DNA of 64,000 nt from Polyangiaceae bacterium (lineage in GTDB: Bacteria; Myxococcota_A; Polyangia; Polyangiales; Polyangiaceae), in NCBI GenBank assembly GCA_044376115.1, contig JBILLK010000028.1, forward strand, positions 75,484 through 139,483. Reading direction: 5' to 3'. The notes beneath the pieces are model-generated. The model was given only the letters and a program-made list of their open reading frames with translations, did not search any database and was not told where the DNA came from. A program made the position numbers and the translations under genes. Within the stretch, counting starts at the first letter, position 1. Every line of letters begins with the position of its first letter. Of this stretch, positions 54,474-64,000 are shown in pieces.

Positions 54474-54899
54474 CTCTTCCTGCGCACCTTCGCGACCTTG
54501 AGCCTACAGGGAGCAAACCCATTCGCGAAGAACCGTTTCCAACTGACCACGTCGCATCCAACCCGCACGACGGTTAACTACCTGTGGGAAGCCTCCGGAC
54601 CAGGCCTGGTGAAAACCCCCTCTACCCGGCCAACGACAAACTGTTCACACCTTCTCAACGCCCAGTCCCAATTTGAGACCCCAACAAGCCCGCTCCTCCA
54701 ACACCCTTATCCAATTGTATTTAATAGTCTTTTCCCCTTATCCCCAGAATCCACAGGACCTACTACTACGACTTCTAGATATCTCATTGATCTCACTTTG
54801 AGACGAAGAGCACCTGTTGGTCTCAGTCGTAGCGTGAATGTCCAACACGCTCCTTTTCTCTAGAACAACCTGCTAAAGCCATTCCCAGGAGTTCAACGG
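54474..54899. other. oriC: Putative chromosomal replication origin (oriC)
   Basis: AT-richer intergenic region upstream of dnaN. TTATCCCCA (54738-46) + GAATCCACA (54747-55) + GGAC + trios CTA CTA CTA CGA CTT CTA (54760-77). Further weak boxes TTATCCAAT (54707) and CTGTTCACA (54641). Confidence 0.8.
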
Positions 54900-56042
54900 A
54901 TGCAGCTGGTCGTGCCCAAAAAAGATCTTCTGCGCCTGGTCAGCAGGTGTCAGGGAGTCGCTGACAAAAAGAGTGCCATGCCCGCACTCTCCAACATCCT
55001 GCTCACGGCCGAAGGAACGCACCTTCACGTCAGCGCAACGGACACGTTTCTCTCCATCACTGGAACCGTTTCAGCCGACGTGGAAACCGCTGGCTCCGCC
55101 GCTGTCCCAGCACGCGAACTTTTCGATCGTGTGAAGGCCATGCCCGACGGCCCCGTGCAACTGTCGACCTCAGGCAGCGGCCAGACAACTATCAAAGCAG
55201 CCGGCTCGCCGCGGCGTTTCACCATGCACGGCATCCCCGCCGCGGACTTCCCGCCCCTACCCAAACCCGATCCTGCGCAGCCCGTCGTGTCCATGCCGGT
55301 CGAGGTGTTGTCCAAGCTGATGGCACGCACCCACTACTCGATCGCACAAGACGAGACGCGGGCACACGTCAACAGCGCGAAGTTCGAGTGGACCGGCAAC
55401 CGCGCGCGCATGGTGACCACCGACGGTCACCGCCTCTCAAAAATGGAAGCCGTGATCGAGGGAGCGGATGCGAACCTCGACATGCTCATCCCGGCGAAGG
55501 CCATCGGGGAACTCCGTCGGCTCACCGACGACGCCAAGGCCGAGCGCTCCGACGCGAAGGAAGCACCCACCGTCAGCATCACGCGAGTTGGACCCACCGC
55601 GTTCTTCGAACTCGCCTCAATGCGTTTTGGCGTGAAGCTGGTCGACGCACAATTCCCGGCCTACAACCAGGTGGTCCCATCCACGACCTCGCGCTCTGTG
55701 CGCACCCCGCGCAAGGGATTTGCAGAGGCACTCGACGCAGTTCGTATCGCCGCAAGCGACCGCACCGGTGGCGTCAAAATCACGACCCTTACCGGCCTTT
55801 TGCGTGTGACCAGTGAAAGCCCGGAAAGCGGCAACGGCTTTGACGAGGTGCCCGTGGACTTCACGGGCCCCGAGCTGACCATCGGCTTCAATGCCAAATA
55901 CTTCCTCGACGTTCTCAACTCGATGGACGACGAGGAGGTCGTGTTGGGTCTTTCGGGCGAGCTTGACCCGGCCGTCATCCGCCCCGCAGCAGAGTCGGAC
56001 AAGGAGTCCTTCGTCGGCGTGATCATGCCGATGCGAATTTGA
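54900..56042 (+). CDS. dnaN: DNA polymerase III beta sliding clamp
   Basis: MPALSNIL, ATD, ADFP, VTTDGHRL, KLVDAQFP.Y..V, IGFNAKY.LD and VIMPMRI. Confidence 0.97.
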   Translation: MQLVVPKKDLLRLVSRCQGVADKKSAMPALSNILLTAEGTHLHVSATDTFLSITGTVSADVETAGSAAVPARELFDRVKAMPDGPVQLSTSGSGQTTIKAAGSPRRFTMHGIPAADFPPLPKPDPAQPVVSMPVEVLSKLMARTHYSIAQDETRAHVNSAKFEWTGNRARMVTTDGHRLSKMEAVIEGADANLDMLIPAKAIGELRRLTDDAKAERSDAKEAPTVSITRVGPTAFFELASMRFGVKLVDAQFPAYNQVVPSTTSRSVRTPRKGFAEALDAVRIAASDRTGGVKITTLTGLLRVTSESPESGNGFDEVPVDFTGPELTIGFNAKYFLDVLNSMDDEEVVLGLSGELDPAVIRPAAESDKESFVGVIMPMRI

Positions 56043-56055
56043 TTCGAGCGGCCCG

Positions 56056-59719
<3,664 letters not shown>

Positions 59720-59744
59720 TCGGCGCGCCGTTCAGCTCAGCTGC

Positions 59745-60296
59745 ATGAGCAATTGGTTCATCGCGCTGCCGATCACTCCCGGAGACTGGTTGCAGTGCGT
59801 GCAACCAGCTCCTCCCTGCGTACGCGTCTTTGAGCCGGTCGACCTCCATCTGACAGTCGCCTTTCTCGGCTCCGTCGGTGAAGAGCGAGCCCGGCGTGCG
59901 TGGCAGGCTCTTGCATGGCCACTGCACCCAACCGAAATCAGCTTGGGTGAAGTGGTACCCCTGGGACCAGCTACCAAGCCGAGTGCGCTCTCGGCCCTGC
60001 TCCGCAAAGGACGCAGAGACGTCGAGGCCGCTATCGCCTCTGTGCGGGACACATTGCACGACCGAGCCGAGGTCAGTCGTGAGGCGCGAGCACCGCTTGC
60101 CCACGTAACGATTGCGCGTCCGCAGCGAGCAGCAACAGACCATCAACGGCAACAGGCAGTCGACTGGGCAGCGCGCCTCAACCTTGGCGAGCCAGTCATC
60201 ACGCTCAATCGAATAGCGCTTTACACATGGTCCCACGATCGCTCGCGATCGCTCTTTCGCATCGTGAATGAGCGAAGCACGGTAACGCAGCTGTAA
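59745..60296 (+). CDS. 2H phosphoesterase (RNA 2',3'-cyclic phosphodiesterase, ThpR/LigT-like)
   Basis: WFIAL start plus two HxT motifs (LHLTVAFLG, AHVTIAR). Confidence 0.85.
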   Translation: MSNWFIALPITPGDWLQCVQPAPPCVRVFEPVDLHLTVAFLGSVGEERARRAWQALAWPLHPTEISLGEVVPLGPATKPSALSALLRKGRRDVEAAIASVRDTLHDRAEVSREARAPLAHVTIARPQRAATDHQRQQAVDWAARLNLGEPVITLNRIALYTWSHDRSRSLFRIVNERSTVTQL

Positions 60297-60352
60297 CATC
60301 GCAAGCAGAGCTTCGAACAGGGCGTGGAAACGATCTCGAGTATGCTCGGGCC

Positions 60353-61129
60353 ATGTTCGGTCGCCGACCCTTCCTCGAACTGCTGGCGCTAAATGCATTA
60401 GGCCCAGCGTGTTCCCAGGCAAAAGACGTTGCGGCTGAACCACTGAAGATCGCGGCGGCGGCAGACCTAACCGGAGCGTTCAAAGAAATCGGCGACGCCT
60501 TTGAGCAGTCCAAAGGGAAGAAGTCCGTCTTTACGTTTGGCTCCACCGGCCTCCTGACCAAGCAGATCAAAGAGGGTGCCCCCTTCGATGTGTTTGCGGC
60601 GGCTAACCAAACCTACCTTGATGAGCTGATCGCAGCGAAAGCAGTGACGGCGTCCTCCAAGCAACTCTATGCGCGTGGACGTATCGTGCTCTGGACCAGC
60701 GCGAGCAGCAAAGTTGAACTGACACAGCTGAGCGAGCCGCGCTTCAGCAAGATCGCCATCGCCAATCCCGAGCATGCGCCGTATGGCAAGGCAGCGGCAC
60801 AAGCGCTTACCAAGCTGAACCTTTGGGATGTCGTCAAACCCAAGCTCGTTTACGGTGAGAACGTGCAACAGGCACTTCAGTACGCAGAGAGCGGAAATGC
60901 AGATGCGGCTATCGTTGCCCTGTCCCTGGTTATCAACGCCAAGGGCTCCTACAGCGATATAGATGGCGCGCTTCATGAGCCCATCGATCAGGCATTGGGG
61001 GTGTGCGAGATCTCAAGACAGAAGTCGGCGGCGCAGGACTTCGTTGACTTCGTCACGTCAGAAGCTGGAAGAGCCATCATGAGGCGGTATGGCTTCCTAC
61101 TCCCTGGCGAGGCCGTCACCGCCCGGTAG
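60353..61129 (+). CDS. modA: Molybdate ABC transporter substrate-binding protein
   Basis: AAAADL, FGSTG.L..QI..GAPFDVF, IAIANP.HAPYG.AA and GENV.Q. Confidence 0.95.
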   Translation: MFGRRPFLELLALNALGPACSQAKDVAAEPLKIAAAADLTGAFKEIGDAFEQSKGKKSVFTFGSTGLLTKQIKEGAPFDVFAAANQTYLDELIAAKAVTASSKQLYARGRIVLWTSASSKVELTQLSEPRFSKIAIANPEHAPYGKAAAQALTKLNLWDVVKPKLVYGENVQQALQYAESGNADAAIVALSLVINAKGSYSDIDGALHEPIDQALGVCEISRQKSAAQDFVDFVTSEAGRAIMRRYGFLLPGEAVTAR

Positions 61130-61132
61130 CTA

Positions 61133-61792
61133 ATGAGCTTTGCCCCGCTTCTTCTCTCATTCAAAGTAGCATTGATCGCTACGGCGATTTCGGGGCTGCT
61201 CGGTACATTGCTCGGCGCTCTACTAGCTAATAAACGTCTACCGTTGCGAGATCTGATCGATGTGTTGGTCACTGCCCCTATGGTGCTGCCACCAACCGTC
61301 CTCGGTTACTACGTCCTGGTAGCGCTTGGGCGTAAGAGCAGCATCGGGTCGTTCTACGAGGGAATCGTCGGGAGCCCGATTGTGTTCTCGCAAACCGGAG
61401 CTGTAATCGCCGCCACCATTGGCAGCCTACCGTTGGTTGTAAAGTCTGCTCGCGCGGCGCTCGAGGCCGTGGATCCAGCCTTCGTTTCGGCTGCACGTAC
61501 CCTCGGTGCCACGCCACTAAGAGCCTTTCTGACAGTGCAATTGCCCCTGGCGGCTGGCGGTATTTTAGCCGGCCTCATGTTGGGTTTTGCCAGGGCCCTC
61601 GGAGACTTTGGCGTCACCTTGATGGTGGCAGGCGATATTCCGGGCGAGACGCAGACAGCCTCCCTCGCGATCTATGATGCTATTCAGGCCAATCGTCACG
61701 ATGAAGCGTTAGGGATGGTCGCGGTGCTCACTGCCCTGGCGATCGCGCTCCTCTACGCCATCAACAAGCTCTCTGCGCAGAGGCAACAATGA
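61133..61792 (+). CDS. modB: Molybdate ABC transporter permease
   Basis: PMVLPPTVLGYY, AARTLGA and FARALGDFGVTLMVAG.IPGETQT. Confidence 0.95.
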   Translation: MSFAPLLLSFKVALIATAISGLLGTLLGALLANKRLPLRDLIDVLVTAPMVLPPTVLGYYVLVALGRKSSIGSFYEGIVGSPIVFSQTGAVIAATIGSLPLVVKSARAALEAVDPAFVSAARTLGATPLRAFLTVQLPLAAGGILAGLMLGFARALGDFGVTLMVAGDIPGETQTASLAIYDAIQANRHDEALGMVAVLTALAIALLYAINKLSAQRQQ

Positions 61793-62538
61793 GCAGCCTC
61801 CATGTCAGAGTTATCCGCAAGACGAACACCTTTACCGTCGACGTGGCGTTTCAGGCTGACCCCGGAATAACTATTCTCTTCGGACCTTCTGGCGCAGGGA
61901 AGTCCACTACCCTAGGAATGATCGCCGGCCTCATCCGCCCCGATGAAGGTCAGATTCGGCTGGGCGAAGTCGTATGGTTCGACGCTTCAGCCAAAATTAA
62001 CCGACCTATCGAGGCTCGTAAGGTGGGTTATGTATTCCAATCGCTCGCCCTGTTTCCTCACCTGACGGCGGCTGAGAATGTGGCATACGGACTTGCGTCT
62101 ACTTGCAGCCGCAAAGAGGCTCGCGACCGTGCAACATCGATGCTCGATCGCTTTCGCGTGGGACATCTCCGCGACCGGCGGCCGCGCACTTTTTCTGGTG
62201 GGGAGGCGCAACGAGTTGCCTTAGCGCGAGCGTTGGCCTTCTCGCCCTCCATCCTGCTCTTGGATGAACCGTTCTCCGCCCTCGACCGAGCCCTGCAGCG
62301 CGAGCTCCACCTGGACGTACGCAAAGTCGTCGAGAGTGAGCAGCTACCCGTTATTCTCATCACCCATCACCCCAGTGAGGCGCGAGCCCTCGGAGACAGC
62401 ATGCTCCAATTGCGAGACGGCCGGATCGAGGCCTCGGGTACCCCTGAGGAGCTTCTCAATAAGCAGCATAGCTATCAGCCGGACAATAAGCTCGACTTTG
62501 CCGATACACCGATGGGACATCCCTTGGGGGAAGTATGA
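61789..62538 (+). CDS. modC: Molybdate ABC transporter ATP-binding protein
   Basis: FGPSGAGKST, VGYVFQ..ALFPHL, SGGEAQRVALARA and LLLDEPF. Confidence 0.92.
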   Translation: MSSLHVRVIRKTNTFTVDVAFQADPGITILFGPSGAGKSTTLGMIAGLIRPDEGQIRLGEVVWFDASAKINRPIEARKVGYVFQSLALFPHLTAAENVAYGLASTCSRKEARDRATSMLDRFRVGHLRDRRPRTFSGGEAQRVALARALAFSPSILLLDEPFSALDRALQRELHLDVRKVVESEQLPVILITHHPSEARALGDSMLQLRDGRIEASGTPEELLNKQHSYQPDNKLDFADTPMGHPLGEV

Positions 62539-63035
62539 AAAGCTGGCTAGTCACGGTCTCGCTAATGCTCTGTTGCGACGCCAGCGAGCCCAACGAGGCC
62601 CGTCGCATGCCAAAGCCGCCACCGCCCGAACAGGGTTCCTCGACGCAGATCGGCGAAGTTAGTGTGACCGTCGACGGTGAGCCTCAAGTATCGATTAGCG
62701 GTTCCACCCTCGATGCGCTCCCGGCCGACTACACCTCGGAGGACCGTCGCGCATGGCGTTTCTCGACCTTGCTCGGTGCAAAGGCGCTAGAGCCCGGGAG
62801 AGTAATCGCGGTGACAGGGGAGAAGGGCCTCGTCCTCGAACTTCCAATGCCCAACCAAGCTGACGCTCCCGAGCCCGTATTGGTGGTTAGCCGTCGCGGT
62901 GACGTCATGGCCGCCATGGTGGAGCCGGGTGAACCGTTCCCCGCCTATCACGGCCGCGGGGGCCGGCTGGGCCGCCGCGGTGATCCGCTACCACGTATTG
63001 CCGGTGTGACGAAGCTCGAGCTCCTCAAACGCTAG
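62535..63035 (+). CDS. Hypothetical exported protein or lipoprotein coupled to modC
   Basis: ATGA overlap with modC. Short signal peptide ending in LCC. Confidence 0.7.
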   Translation: MKSWLVTVSLMLCCDASEPNEARRMPKPPPPEQGSSTQIGEVSVTVDGEPQVSISGSTLDALPADYTSEDRRAWRFSTLLGAKALEPGRVIAVTGEKGLVLELPMPNQADAPEPVLVVSRRGDVMAAMVEPGEPFPAYHGRGGRLGRRGDPLPRIAGVTKLELLKR

Positions 63036-63056
63036 CTCGCACGACTCCCTGGAGTC

Positions 63057-64000
63057 TCAACGCAGCAAAGAGCGCAAGGAAACAAACTCTTCTTTGGCAT
63101 CATAGGCGCGCGTCTTCTCATTCCACTTCCAACTGGTCTTGAGCGCTTTTCCTTCCGGAAGGTCGCGCCCCACCGGAGTACCCACAACGTCGAACGTTTC
63201 ACCCGCGCTGCCCATCGATTCCTTGTATTCCCCGAAATAGGCGAGGCCAGGCGTAACCGAAGCCGGTGAAAGTGCCTCCTCCTTGACTGAACCATCCGCC
63301 GACACTCTCAGTAGCCACCATTGCGCAACAAGCGGCATTACGCCTGTGCTCATGTCTTGAGGAAGAAAGCTCAGGATATGGAACTCGCCGCCACGTTCCC
63401 CCATCCACCGACGTTGAAATGGCAATTCCAGTCCCATGAATCCAAGAGCGTAAGGGCTAATGAGCTGCGGCGGCTTACCAGCCTTTTGCACGACCAGGGT
63501 AGAGGTCGGCGCCACCATGAAGCCAATCTCGACATCCCCAAACCTCTTCAACGGTTCATACAGGGGAACTTGATGCTGAATGAGCTCCGAAGCCGTGTCG
63601 TCGGTATGCCTTACGTAGCTCAATCTGTCAGGCGTTGAAGGGTGATAGCTAACGCAAGGTGCATAAATCCATGTGGGCTGACTCGTCCGCGTGGTGCCAG
63701 GAATGAAGGCCAGAGCACGCAACTCCTCGAACGGGGACAGCGTCAAGGGCGTTGGCAGCGCGAGCCAGCTCAATGCTGGTGTGGCCTCTGGTGAGGTTCC
63801 GATGGTTGTCGCTGAGAGCCCGAGGACGCGCACAGGAGCTTCAGTCAAATGAGGTAACGCAGTAAGTGGAAGCTGAATCTCAACCTGAAGCTCACCGTAA
63901 CCGATGCACGGACCCCGCCCAAAGGAGCGCTTGAGCTTGGAGCAAAGTCGTGTGGGCTCAGCCCGCGTACGGCGGCTCGGGCACTGTGATCTTGCCGAGT
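63057..64000 (-). CDS. Hypothetical protein, possibly truncated by the window edge
   Basis: 263-aa ORF whose frame has no stop between 63848 and the end of the window. Confidence 0.55.
   Translation of the reverse strand, partial: SARSQCPSRRTRAEPTRLCSKLKRSFGRGPCIGYGELQVEIQLPLTALPHLTEAPVRVLGLSATTIGTSPEATPALSWLALPTPLTLSPFEELRALAFIPGTTRTSQPTWIYAPCVSYHPSTPDRLSYVRHTDDTASELIQHQVPLYEPLKRFGDVEIGFMVAPTSTLVVQKAGKPPQLISPYALGFMGLELPFQRRWMGERGGEFHILSFLPQDMSTGVMPLVAQWWLLRVSADGSVKEEALSPASVTPGLAYFGEYKESMGSAGETFDVVGTPVGRDLPEGKALKTSWKWNEKTRAYDAKEEFVSLRSLLR

Overview
High-GC chromosomal segment. Gene content points to a myxobacterium, probably Polyangiales: four Hanks-type Ser/Thr kinases, an FHA-sigma54 activator, a PEGA protein, a MYXO-CTERM-like protease and Gly-rich lipoproteins. 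About 45 CDS are supported, mostly housekeeping (hmgA, maeB, uvrA, ald, dapF, aroC-aroKB, zapA, bioF, dnaN-recF-gyrB, modABC). Four non-coding signals stand out. (1) A likely oriC lies directly upstream of dnaN, with tandem DnaA boxes plus DnaA-trios, but no dnaA gene is next to it. (2) A ~3 kb gene-free block (49.1-52.1 kb) holds three near-perfect parS sites, a five-unit ~100 bp repeat array and other duplications, and the G/C strand bias flips at its left edge. (3) A sigma54 promoter with three tandem TGTCAAC-N5-GTTGACA-like palindromes sits ahead of a heme-motif lipoprotein / DUF1588-like / Tat DUF1501-like operon. That operon is flanked by an FHA enhancer-binding protein and a kinase-PEGA-lipoprotein operon, which may form a self-contained signalling circuit. 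(4) TANNNT hexamers recur 5-8 nt before start codons, suggesting leaderless transcription. No rRNA, tRNA, CRISPR array or intact transposase was seen. All family assignments come from motif recognition by eye, not database searches.
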